From Neoconidiobolus thromboides FSU 785 (taxonomy: Eukaryota > Fungi > Entomophthoromycota), in the NCBI GenBank assembly GCA_025603075.1, contig MU626287.1:62001-126000 (forward strand): a DNA stretch of 64,000 nucleotides. Direction: 5' to 3'. This document shows, in pieces, positions 10,560 through 22,398 of the stretch. Position numbers and translations under genes: made by a program. The notes below the pieces were generated by a model that did no database searches, had not been told where the DNA came from, and worked only from the letters and a program-made list of their open reading frames with translations. Position 1 is the first letter of the stretch, and each line of letters begins with the position of its first letter.

Positions 10560-11164
10560 ATGAAGTTTACTCCAATTTTAAGCTTAGCTTTATTGTTTAA
10601 TGGCATCACTGCTGAGGACAACGCAGCCTCAAAAGTATTAACTAAGGATAATAAAGACTTAGTGAAGAAAGGTTTATGGTACCAATAATTATTTAGCTTT
10701 ATTAATTTTATTAACTATTAAACATATAGGTTTGTTAAATTATACACTCCAAGTTGCAAATACAGTAGACGCTTAGGTAAAAACAAAGGGTTCAATATAT
10801 CAATATATCAATATATCTAAATATCTAAATATCTAACTTCTTTATAGCCCCCCACTGGACAAACATCACTGAAAGCTTAAGAGCTTGGAGTAATGACGCC
10901 AAATTTAATTTTGCTGAAGTAGACTGCAAGGAGAACAGTAGTCTTTGTTCTGACTTAAAAGTCGATGGGTTTCCTACCCTTAATTTGTAATTTTTTGCAA
11001 TTCTTTTTTAGTGAGATATTAATTGAATTTTGAAAATTAGGTTCAAAGATGGTGAATATCAAGGCGAATGTTTAACCCGTGAAGGTGCCGATGAGTTGCT
11101 TATTTGTGTTAAGGACTATGTTGACAAATACCAATTAAAAGCTCCTGAAAAATTACAAGTTTAA
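10560..11164 (+). CDS. Secreted single thioredoxin-domain protein with CKYS motif (partial duplicate of the downstream PDI gene; 4 exons)
   Basis: Spliced translation MKFTPILSLALLFNGITA...WFVKLYTPSCKYSRRLAPHW...EVDC...DGFPTLNLFKDG...KLQV*; same intron positions as exons 1-4 of the next gene. Confidence 0.8.
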
Positions 11165-11208
11165 TAATAAATGGAATTAACATGAACCTACTTTTGTTAC
11201 TATTATAT

Positions 11209-11314
11209 ATATGGGGATGTATTTTTGTGTTTAAGAATTTTACTAACAATTTTTCTGCTCAAATAGCGCTTAAAAAATGGAGAAAACAATGAAGCCAAAA
11301 AAACACCCTCATAT
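11209..11314 (+). mobile_element. MITE family copy 10
   Basis: ATAT-ggggatgt...acaccctc-ATAT, 98 bp; starts 45 bp after the stop at 11164. Confidence 0.93.
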
Positions 11315-11712
11315 CTTTATTGAACATGTGTTTTATATTTTAATAGTAAGCTTAATAGACTTTTAAGCTAATAATAAAAATATCCTTTTAACCTTTTCTG
11401 TTTCGTTTTTATCCCATCTTTATTTAATTACACTCTATAATTCAAATATAATACTTTTAAAATGTAATAAATTTTATTTTAAACTTTTTTATATTATATT
11501 ATATTACTAATTACGCAGCTTATAAACCTGAACCATAAATCTTTACTATAATGCTAATAAAATGGAAAATTAGAAGTTTAATAGGAGTATAAAAAGTTGG
11601 AGGCTCAAATCCAAAACACGAATAAAATCAAGCCAAGCAAAAAACAATAATAAGTGAGAAATTAAAAAATATTATCACCATCTTTTTTATACATTAACTA
11701 TAAATATCAAAG

Positions 11713-14246
11713 ATGAGATTGACTAATCTTTTAAATCTCACAACTTTAGCACTATTTTTCAATAGTGTAACAAGTCAGGACAACCAAGCCTCTAAAGATT
11801 TGACCAACAAAAATGAACAATTGGTTAAACAGGGTTTTTGGTATTAATAATCTATATATTTATAAAAGATTATTAGCTTAATTATCTAGGTTTGTTAAAT
11901 TATATTCACCTACTTGTAAACATTGTAAAAGATTAGGTAATAACGAGTGGCCCAATATATTATAATACTAATAATAAATAAAATATAGCCCCACATTGGG
12001 TAAAATTTACTGAAAGTTTACAAGACTGGGCCAAAGCTCAAAACTTCAATTTCGGGGAAGTAAACTGTCTCAAAGAAGGAAAACTATGCTCTACTCTAAA
12101 AGCAGATGGTTATCCTACGATTAATTTGTAAGCTTGATTTAACTTATAGTTAAACTATTAAAATAAAAAATAGGTTCAAAGATGGCGTATATCAAAAAGA
12201 GTGCTTAACCTACGAAGGAGTTGATCAATTGCTTATTTGTATTAAAGAGTACGCTAAAAAGTATCATTTGGAATTACCTAAACAATTGAAGCCTAAACAA
12301 GAAAATAAAGTAATGACGCTGATTGTTAAAAAACTATATTACTAATTTATTTAAAGCCGGAGCCAGCTAAGAATGCTGAACTTGAACATCACCAAGAACC
12401 TCCTAAGGTTGAAAACCACCAAGAACCTCCTAAGGTTGAAAACCACCAAGAACCTCCTAAAGTCGAAAATCAACCACAACCAAAAGTACAAGTGCCTGTC
12501 AAACAAAACCTGGTTAATAAAATTATACCTAATCCTAATGGACAGGTTAAAAAATTAACTACTTCAACTTTTGATGAGGTAAGAGATATAAAGTCATGAT
12601 AGTAGTTGCAATAATAAATATTATAGGAATTGAAAAAAGGGGCATGGTTCATAGTAAGGCTTAAATTAAAAATTAAAAGAATCAATTTAATCATAATTAA
12701 AATAGAAATTCTTTGCTCCTTGGTGTGGACATTGTCAAACGGTAAATTAAATATTGTATTTTAATCAACTATTCCTAACCCTTTTTTAGCTTGGTACTTT
12801 AATTAAAATAAAGTAAAAATATAAAGGTATTAATTTTATAATAGCACCTACCTGGACTAAATTAGCCTCCGATTTACAAAACACTATCAACATTGGTCAA
12901 GTAGACTGTACTGAAGAGAAAAGTAAGTTAGTTATTTTAAGGTAATGATAATAAATTAATTTGGTTTAGGTTTATGTAAAGACTACACTATTCGTGGATA
13001 CCCAACTCTTAAGTTGTAAGTTTAATTACACATAGCTTAATACCATAATAATACTGTTATTTAAGTATTCAAAATGATAAACAAAAAGATTATTTTGGAG
13101 AACGTACTTTAGATGCTCTTAAGACTAGTGCTCTAAAATCAATAGGGTAAAAATTTATATTAAATTCATTTAGGTTTCACTTTAAATTATTTTTAGTCCC
13201 AAAAATACCATCGATTATGACGAAATCAAAAAACTAATTAAAGACGAAAGCTATGCCATCATTTACTATAATCCACAAGATAATGACATACCAGTAACTA
13301 CTATTTACTGTTATTATTGTTTTATTTAATTATATATTTATTTAGCCTCATATAAATAATATCCTTTATAACTTAGAAGCACAAACAGAAAGCTATCATA
13401 TTAATAAGAAATTAGACAGCTTGAAAGAATTGAATATTCAGGATCATCCAGCATTAATTATTGTTAAAGATGGAAGTTATAAACTTTACAACGAGGACAT
13501 AAACAACGTTGAGAGTTTCAACAAGTGGTATATAAAAGAAAAAGATGCTATTGTAAGAGAATTAGATTTAACTAATTTTGAGCAATATCTTAAAGTTAAT
13601 AACAATAACAATCAAATCGCAATTGTTAAAATTATCCGTGGGGGATCTAATAAGGAAGATAATACTTATTTAGTTAAGGAAAAGAAAAAGTTCCGCGATA
13701 TTGCTCATCCTATTTTACGCAGAAGTGATAAGCAAATGTTCTTTGCTATCATTGATGGTAATAAATACGAAAAAGAAGTCAAAAATTACTTAAACCATTA
13801 TGGAGATGAGAGTCATATAGTTATCATTGATTTAAAGGTAAAGTTTTATATAGTCAGTATTTGTTTCTAATTTATTATTAGGAGAAAAAGCTATATGATA
13901 AATCCAATGAAAGCTCTAAAATTGAGCACAAAACGAAAGATATTGAAAAAGCGATTGACGATTATTATTCTAGCAAATTAGAGGTAATTAAATTTATGGA
14001 AATAATTTACAATCATAATATTCATACACTTTAATTAGGGTCAAGTAATTAATTTTACTCCTAAATACTTTACTTTGGTAACTAGATTTACTTTTTAGAT
14101 TTATTCATTTTATTTATTATCTTGTTTAGTCAACCCTTACTTCCCTTCCATTCCTTACTATTTTAATTCCTGTAATCTTGGTTTGTGCTCTAATCTATTT
14201 CTTTGTCACTTCTGAAGACAGTGAACAGGATAAGAAAGCAATCTAA
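11713..14246 (+). CDS. Eps1-like type I membrane protein disulfide isomerase (about 16 exons)
   Basis: Signal peptide; thioredoxin domain 1 with SPTCKHC; HQEPPKVEN x3 linker; domain 2 with APWCGHC; C-terminal TM helix (FLTILIPVILVCALIYFFV) and KKAI* di-lysine ER retrieval end. Confidence 0.8.
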
Positions 14247-14516
14247 AATAACACCTTTTAGTTTTTAATATTAAAATTATATTAAATTTTATTTTGTTTT
14301 TGATTCATTATAATATATAATAATAATCAATATCAATAACATTGAATAATCAATTTAATTTTTAAAATTCTATTTTTTCATAGTTTACTAAGTTTGCTTA
14401 AATTTACAATTTAATCCTAGATTTAATTTTGCCAATAAAATCCAGCTGCATGAATTTTTAGAACTTAACTAAATTTAACTAAAACTACATAAAAAAGAAC
14501 TTCCTTTTTTAATAAA

Positions 14517-16016
14517 ATGGGACGCCCAAAAGGATCAAAGAATAAGACGAGTAAAAAAGCAGCTACTGAAGCCAATAAGGCACTTGAAGCACAATCAAGC
14601 GGTTTGACAGATGATCAAGTACAACTTACCCCAAAGCCTAAAACTAAAAAAAGTACACCTCAAAAAGAGAAAGTAAGTAGTGATCTAAACGACAACAAAT
14701 TGGTGGCTGAAAACGAAGTGAATAAAGAAGAGAGCAAAGAAGTTCTAGAAGAAGGCTTAAAACTCATTATTGAAGAAGAAAAAGCAGTAAAAAAAACACC
14801 AACCAAGAAAACTACAAAAAGTAAAGTAAAAGCGGATAATAAAAAAGAAGCAAGTGACTTGAAAGAAAATGGAAAAGAGGAAAGTAAATTGAAAGAAGAT
14901 GTGAAAGAAGATGTGAAAGAAGAACAACCTAAGAAAATAGAGGGGAAAAAAGAGAAAGTAAATGAAAAAGAAGAAAAAACTCCAACCTCCCATGGCAAAA
15001 AAAGGGCAGCCAAAAAAGAAGTCAAACCAAGCTCAGGGATATTTGATGATGACCAGATAGAAGACAGTGAAGAGGAAGAGAAAGCTAAGCCTGTAGGAAG
15101 TAAAGTTAATGAAAGATTATCAAAACTAGATCAACTACGTAAAAGGATGGTAATAATTAATAAAAATTTAAATTTAGTAAGGTTAATTAGTTTAAATAGA
15201 AAGAGTCATCTGAAGCCAATCGCAAAGAAGTGTTTGCTGAGTTTCAACGCTCAAAAGCAAATCCTAAATTAGATTCTAAGATTGAAAGACAACGTTTAGA
15301 AGCTGAAAGGTTACAAGCAAGGATGGTAAGTTTTTTGAATCATCAAATTAATTAATAGTTAATTCTTTATAATAGGAAGCACAAGATAAAGGGGAAGATT
15401 ATGAAAGATCAAGATATTGGGAGTATTCAGCAGAACAAGTAGAAAAGTGGGAACAAAAAGAAAGAGAAAAAGAGGAAAGATCGGAGGTTGGATTTACAGG
15501 TATACCGGATTTAAATATGCTATAAAAATGATTTTTTATTTTTTATTTTTTGTTTATTAGATCATATGCAAGCAGCAGAAAGAAGATATAAAAGATTGGT
15601 TAATAAAATTAAGCCTAACATGGCAGCTTATAATCTACAAAAAGATCAAACTTTGCCTATGACCGATATTCAACATCTTGGACAAGTTGCTATCAGCTCT
15701 GCTTTAACTAAAGACAATAAATCCGTTCAATACCTTCCCATTCATCCTAAACCTAGTAGCGATGCGGTTGAACGTTTGGCCACACATGTTAAGGATGAGT
15801 ATACTTTTATTTTAAACTTTATATTACTTTATTTAACTAACAATTTTTAGAATTGCTAAACGTGGTAAATTCTCTAAAATCCGTCCTGTTAAAGAAGATG
15901 AAGATGTCACTTACATCAATGATCGTAATGCTCACTTCAATCGTAAAATTTCGCGTGCATATGATAAATATACCAAGGAAATTAAAGAGAACTTTGAGCG
16001 TGGAACTGCACTTTGA
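14517..16016 (+). CDS. SYF2: Pre-mRNA splicing factor SYF2 with long K/E-rich N-terminal extension (5 exons)
   Basis: Spliced motifs EDYERSRYWEYSAEQ, AAERRYKRL, DEDVTYINDRNAHFNRKISRAYDKYTKEIKENFERGTAL*. Confidence 0.9.
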
Positions 16017-16517
16017 ATTCTACTGTTTTTATAATATATCCCGTGGAAGTATATAAGCGAATGTAATTTTGCTTTAACCTATTTTTAATTAACTTCTTAG
16101 ATCGGAATTGTTTGATGAGCAGTGTACTTACTCTTAAAGTTTAGAATAAATTTACTTTTTTATATTAATTGCTTTAAAGCTTTTTATTATAACTAAATTT
16201 ATAAGTAGATTAGTATTATCATCCAACTTTATTGATAGATTAAAATATCTGTTATCGAAAAGCGACACGATTTTATCCGATTTTTATAAAATAACTAAAG
16301 GGATCCCTTACAAGTTTGAATTATAAAGTGAATTACAAAAAGGAAAGATTATTAAATTAAATGAGTAAAATGATATTACATGATTTTTTTAATAGTAAAA
16401 TTTAGTTGGATGTTTAATCTTCTAATAAGAACTACTTCTAATTAATTTAAACTCTTATCTATTTTTAATTAAAACACAAATAATAACTCAGTTTGATCAG
16501 TTCAATCCTAAGTGAAT

Positions 16518-18336
16518 TTATTGTTGTTGACAATTCATACCACCAAAGCCTCCTTCTTCTTCTTCTTCTTCATCTTGTAACTGTCTATACCTTTCCCCTT
16601 CAGCAATATTGCTGCCAAATTCTTTTTTACAGCCTTCCAATTCAACTGTTTCTAAAGTTCCATCTTGTTTCATGTTATCAATCTTATCACTTTTACTATC
16701 CGGTAATAAAGACGACAATACCTATAATAGAATAATAAGTTAATTTATAACAGATTGTTTATCAAGATACTTACTTTTAAATTGATATCTTTGAGCTCAT
16801 CAGCAGTTGGAAATTGGATATCAAACTTAACAAACAAGTCACCTTTATCATAAGGCCTTTTAAACTGTGGCATACCCTCTCCTTTAACCACTAAAGTATG
16901 TTCTAAAAGTAGAATTTAATCATTTAAAAGCTTTCCCTTAATATACTAATACTACCTTTAATTAATACCTGGCCTGGATTAGCATGAATTTGGATCTTTC
17001 TACCATCTAAATGTTGGAAAAAACATGATTTGAATCCACATAAAGCATCCTTTAAAGCAATTTTTACATTTGTCATCAAATCGCTACCCTCACGAGTAAA
17101 TACGTTATGGTGCTGCAATGCTAACTCAATAATCAAATCGCCAGGTTCCTTTCCAGGCTAAAACTAGGATTATAAAATTCAATAAAAATCAAATTAAAAC
17201 TTACAATTTGATCTGCTTCCTCTTTAAATACAATTTTTTGCCGATCTACCATCCCTTTTTCAACATATACTTCCATAAGTTTTTTAATTGTCATACTACG
17301 TTTTCCTTTACACTTTTTACATTTGTCTTTGATTTTATATTGTTTACCAGTTCCATCACCTTAATGATTAAAGTTAAAATTAATCCTATTATCAAAGCAA
17401 TCCTATTAACTAAGCAAAAAAAAACTTACAAGATTCACAACTGACTTGTACTTGTTGCATCATACCATTGCTAAGTTGTTTTAATTTGATTTTTATTCCA
17501 GAACCTTCACATCCTTGACATGTAGTACTTGTACTTGATTTACCTCCTTTTCTAATAATTCATATAAGCAAATAAATAACTAATAAAAAATGAACAATTA
17601 CCCGTGACATAAAGAACACTCCACCGATTTTTCAAGTTGAAACTTGGCTTCACGACCATTATAAAGGTCTTTCAAGGTAACATTAAATGGAAATATCACT
17701 TTTGGACTTTTCCGCTTGCCTCCTTTTGAAGGACCTATGGAAAATGAGAAGTTGAAAATGAAATTAACAATATGATATGTTACTTACCCTGTTCAAATCC
17801 ACCAAAACCAAAGTTAAACATGTTAGCAAATTGTGGGTCAAAACCTCCAGATTCTGCAAAGTTATTGCCTTCAAAACCGTATTGATCGTAATTGGCTCTG
17901 TATTTTTTTTAAACATTAATATAAATATAAATAAAAAAACTAAAAAGTAATAAAAGATTTTACCTTAATTCTGGGTCGCTTAAAACCTCATAAGCAGCAC
18001 TTGATTTCAAATTAGATAAAATTAAACAACTTGAACTTATTTGATCCATACCTTATCTCCTTGAACTATAAATTAATTTAACAATAAGCTAATATATAAA
18101 GATCAAATATAATACCAACCTCTTCTTCAAATCCTGTTACCTTATCAGGATGATATTGCTTTGCCTAATAAATTGTCAATTTGAATTTAAATCTAAGTTG
18201 CTGCTTATTACTAGGTTTCTATAGGCCTAGAGTTATTAGTCGAGTTTAGATTATTTACTTCAATACGAGTTACTTTTTTAATCTCTATATCAGTTGCGCT
18301 GCGCGTTATCTCTAATACTTCATAATAATCTCTCAT
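16518..18336 (-). CDS. Type I DnaJ/Hsp40 co-chaperone (Ydj1/Mas5 class), multi-exon
   Basis: MRDYYEVLEI start; HPD at 18144-18152; CxxCxGxG repeats (TCQGCEGSG); EPGDLIIEL; C-terminal CaaX-like CQQQ*. Confidence 0.9.
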
Positions 18337-18859
18337 CCTTGAAATTTTTTTAACTTTATTTTCGAAAAAAGTGATATTTAGAGCTTATCTATTTTTAGTA
18401 ATTATAAACTCGAGTATTGATAAATTTAATTATATGTTCAAAACATTATTATAGAAAGTACTATTTATCAAGATATATTAATTAAATTTTTTAGCTATAA
18501 AGATAGAAATATAAAAATGAAGTAGCGGTAAAGGTTTAGCTGCCAAAAATGAAGCCGTAGAACTATACCTTCAAATATTTAAAAATATAAAGTTGATTGG
18601 CATCTAACAAACAAGTTCATATAAAAGATAAAAAGTAAAAGGCACACAAACGATAAATATTTTTTATATTCATTTTGATAAAAAATGATGAAGAAAATAA
18701 CTATAATAACTGGATTTCAGTTTGAAGTATATATCAATAAACAAAATATCTATTAGTTTGCTCCATAAATAATAAAAAAGATCGAATAAATACCTAATTA
18801 TATAATTAAAGTCATTAGTAATGTTTATTAAATTCCAATTTAACTAAAAATAATATTTT

Positions 18860-18965
18860 ATTTGGGGCTGTATTTTTGTATTCAAGAGCTTTACTAACAA
18901 TTTTTCCACTCAAATAGCGCTTAAAGGATGGAAAAGCAATGAAGTCAAAAAAAACATCCCCATTC
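18860..18965 (+). mobile_element. MITE family copy 11
   Basis: ATTT-ggggctgt...acatcccc-ATTC with full consensus interior. Confidence 0.9.
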
Positions 18966-19448
18966 TGTTATATAAACTCTTAGGTCTATTTAAATTTAAT
19001 ATTTTATGATATCACAAATTAAGCTTGAATCATAAATACTAAATAAATTTAATAAAGTACTTTTATTTAAGAATTATTTTAATAATAATAAAGTGGAGTA
19101 AAATTTTCAAAGCTATTGAAATTGGTACTAGCACAGAAATCATCTTTCCTAATAGACAACACAATGTTAATAGAAGTATTAGCTGACCTGATACTACTAG
19201 AAGCAACACTAACAGTATTACCAATAACAATATTTAATTATAAAATAAAAAAATTATCATAACTACCTACTAAACTAATATTTTTATTTTGTAATTTTAA
19301 ACAAATAATCAAAGAAGCTATTGTTGGTTTTAATAAATATTTTAATGCTTAAAACACTTTCATTTATTATTTTATTTAATATTAAATTAAATAAGTTGAT
19401 TTTTTTAAAATCATATATAAGCATATTTAGTAAAAGTTTTATTTGATT

Positions 19449-19549
19449 GTATGGGGGTGTTTTGACTTCATTACTTTTTCCATTTTTTAAGCGCTATTTG
19501 AGTGGAAAATTTGTTGGTAAAATTCAAACACAAAAATACATGCTCATAT
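19449..19549 (-). mobile_element. MITE family copy 12
   Basis: gtat-gggggtgt...acatgctc-atat, reverse orientation. Confidence 0.88.
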
Positions 19550-20399
19550 AGTTATTTTTTAAAGGCTAATTAATTTTAAGATAAATTTAGTAAAGTTTTC
19601 ATCTTAAATGAACAGTTAGTTAAGTCTTAATAGAGTTGTAACAGCTATAACTGAAATTTAATAGCTATAAAAATGAGGTTGAACCAATTAATCTTAATAA
19701 AAAAGGAGGAAATTCACCTAATAAAGTTAGTAGTGGTTAGAAAAAAGTAGTAATTCCAAAGTGGGGAAGGACAAAAGGGTGGGAAAATGAGAAAAAATCA
19801 AGAAAAAAAACAAAATAAGGAAAATAGTGTTAGCTTGTGTGGATTACTTATATACGAGTTCGTTGAATTTTTTATAAATTAAATGGCACGTTTTGTTCCT
19901 ATGCCTTGTCATTGGTGGATGATTTTTTTAATGCTATTTTGAGAAGATTTCAAGCCAGTGTAGAATATATACTAAATTTCAATTGATATTGAAGTAGAAA
20001 ATAAAGCTAGAATTTAAGTTGAATTTTAAAGTTAGTTTCAAAAGAATCGAAACTTTTTAAAAAAAAACTAATTGGCAAAAGTAATGAATTGCAACAGTAA
20101 ACAAAATTCAATGTAAAATGATGCTTGATTTTAGAGAAAAAAAATTCAAAACTTCAAAAAAATTCGACAACTATTGTAGCCAATTAGTTTCTTTTTAAAC
20201 TAGTTAAAAATCTTCAATTATTTAGAAATTCCCTTTTATAAAAGCATACAAGAAAAAAGAATTAAAATTTTATCAGGTGATAAAAAATGGGGGGATAATG
20301 AATAAATTAAAAAGATCAATGATAATTAGTATAAAAAGGATAATAAAAATCAAAAGTAAACAAAGTTTTGAATTTTAAAGTTTAGATTAGAAATTAGAA

Positions 20400-21302
20400 A
20401 TGTTATTTTATTTTATATTTTTATTTCATTTAATTACTTGTAATAATAAGAATCATACTAATAAGCAACCTAACAAGAATCCGATAATAATTAAAGATGA
20501 AGTAACTATATTACATACTAATGATATTCATTCACACTATGATGAAACAAATTTGTATGGAATGGACTGTAATGATTCACAACGGCTTTTAGGAGAATGT
20601 TATGGAGGAATAGCACGTATGAATACAATAATAAAACAAGTCAAAAAAGAAGAAAACAAAAAAAATAATACAGTATTATTAATGGATGGTGGAGATCAAT
20701 TTCAAGGTACTTTATTTTTTAATTATTATAAAGGTAAAGCTACAAGTGAAATTATGAATTATTTAAATTATGATTTAATGACTATTGGTAATCATGAGTT
20801 TGATTATGGACCTAATCATTTAGCTGATATTATATCTACTTTTAATTTCCCAGTTATTTGTGCCAATATTCAAATTGATGAAGGACCATTAAAAGAAGTT
20901 ATTCAACCATATTATATAATTGAAGAATTAAATCTAGCTGTTATTGGCTATATTTCTGATACAACTGATAAGATATCTCCTGTGGGTGAAACTATTTCAT
21001 TTTTAAATGCAATTAATACAGTACAAAACATTATTGATTATTTAAATCAAGAAAAAGGAATTACTCGATTTATAGGATTATCTCATTATGGTTATGATCA
21101 AGATCAAATATTGGCTAAAAATATACGAGGTTTATCTTTAATCGTTGGCGGTCATTCACATACTTATTTAGGACAAAAAAGAAAAGGAGTTTACAGTAGA
21201 GGGAATTACCCTACAAAAATAACTAACAAAGATAATCAAATCACATACATTGTACAAGCTTATTGCTGGTTAAGATTTTTAGGTAAATTAAAGTTAAAAT
21301 TC

Positions 21303-21357
<55 letters not shown>

Positions 21358-22100
21358 TTGAATATTTAAAAGAATTAAATCATGAATTAATTGAATTAAA
21401 TAATACAATTGAAAAAGATATAGATACTCAACAATTAGTTAATAATTTAAGATTACCATTTGATAAAGAAACAAATATAATTATTGGTAACGCTAAAGAA
21501 GATTTTAATATTGGACATTGTCAATTTCAAGAATGTGGTATGGGGAATTTAATAACAGATGCTATGATTAATCAACTTCAAGATAACGATTTAGCTATTA
21601 TTAATTCAGGTGGTATAAGAGCTTATTTTTCTAAAGGAAATATAACAATTCAAAATATATTAACTGTATTGCCATTTAAAAATCAAATAGTTTCTACTAA
21701 AGTAAAAGGACAATTTATTTATGATTTAATTGTTAATAGTATAACTAAAATTAATATTCAAAATCAATTACCAGTTACTTCTTTCATTCAAGTAGCTAAT
21801 TTAAAATTACAAATTCAAAATCAAAAATTAATCAATTTAAAGATATTTAATAAGACAACTCAGGATTATAATAATATCAATTTCAATCAAGATTATAAAT
21901 TATTAAGTTTAGATTTTATATTAGATGGTGGCGATAATATAATACCACACAAAATCAACTATACTAATGTTATTGAAGCTGATAAATTATTATTAAATTA
22001 TATTAAAAAATTACAAATTATTAGTCCCATTTTAGATCAACGTATATTGAATAGTAACAGTAATAGTATTAGGTTTTCAAGACAAAGTTCATTTAAGTAA
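20400..22100 (+). CDS. Secreted 5'-nucleotidase/apyrase family metallophosphoesterase (intronless)
   Basis: Motifs HTNDIHSH, DGGDQFQG, GNHEFD, LSHYG, GGHSH, INSGGIRA, VLPFKN, FILDGGD; hydrophobic N-terminus. Confidence 0.93.
21303..21356 (+). repeat. (AAT)18 coding microsatellite giving poly-Asn in the nucleotidase
   Basis: Perfect aat run, in frame. Confidence 0.95.
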
Positions 22101-22398
22101 ATCCCCTCCTTCCTTTTCTTTCTTGTATATTCATTAATAAACCCTTATTTTTATTTTATTTTATTTTATTTTATTATACTATTTTAACTTTTTTAAAACT
22201 ATTTAAAATCTACTATCATTATTAAAACTCAACTTTGAAATTTATAACCACTTCAAAAAAAGAGGCAAATTGAAACTTCAAAATGAAAATATGAAACAAA
22301 AGTTGAAACTAAAGATTTTAAAATATAAAAACTCAAAAAAACTCAAAAATGTAAATAATTTATATAAAAAAAATTATACCCACTTTACTAATTAATTA

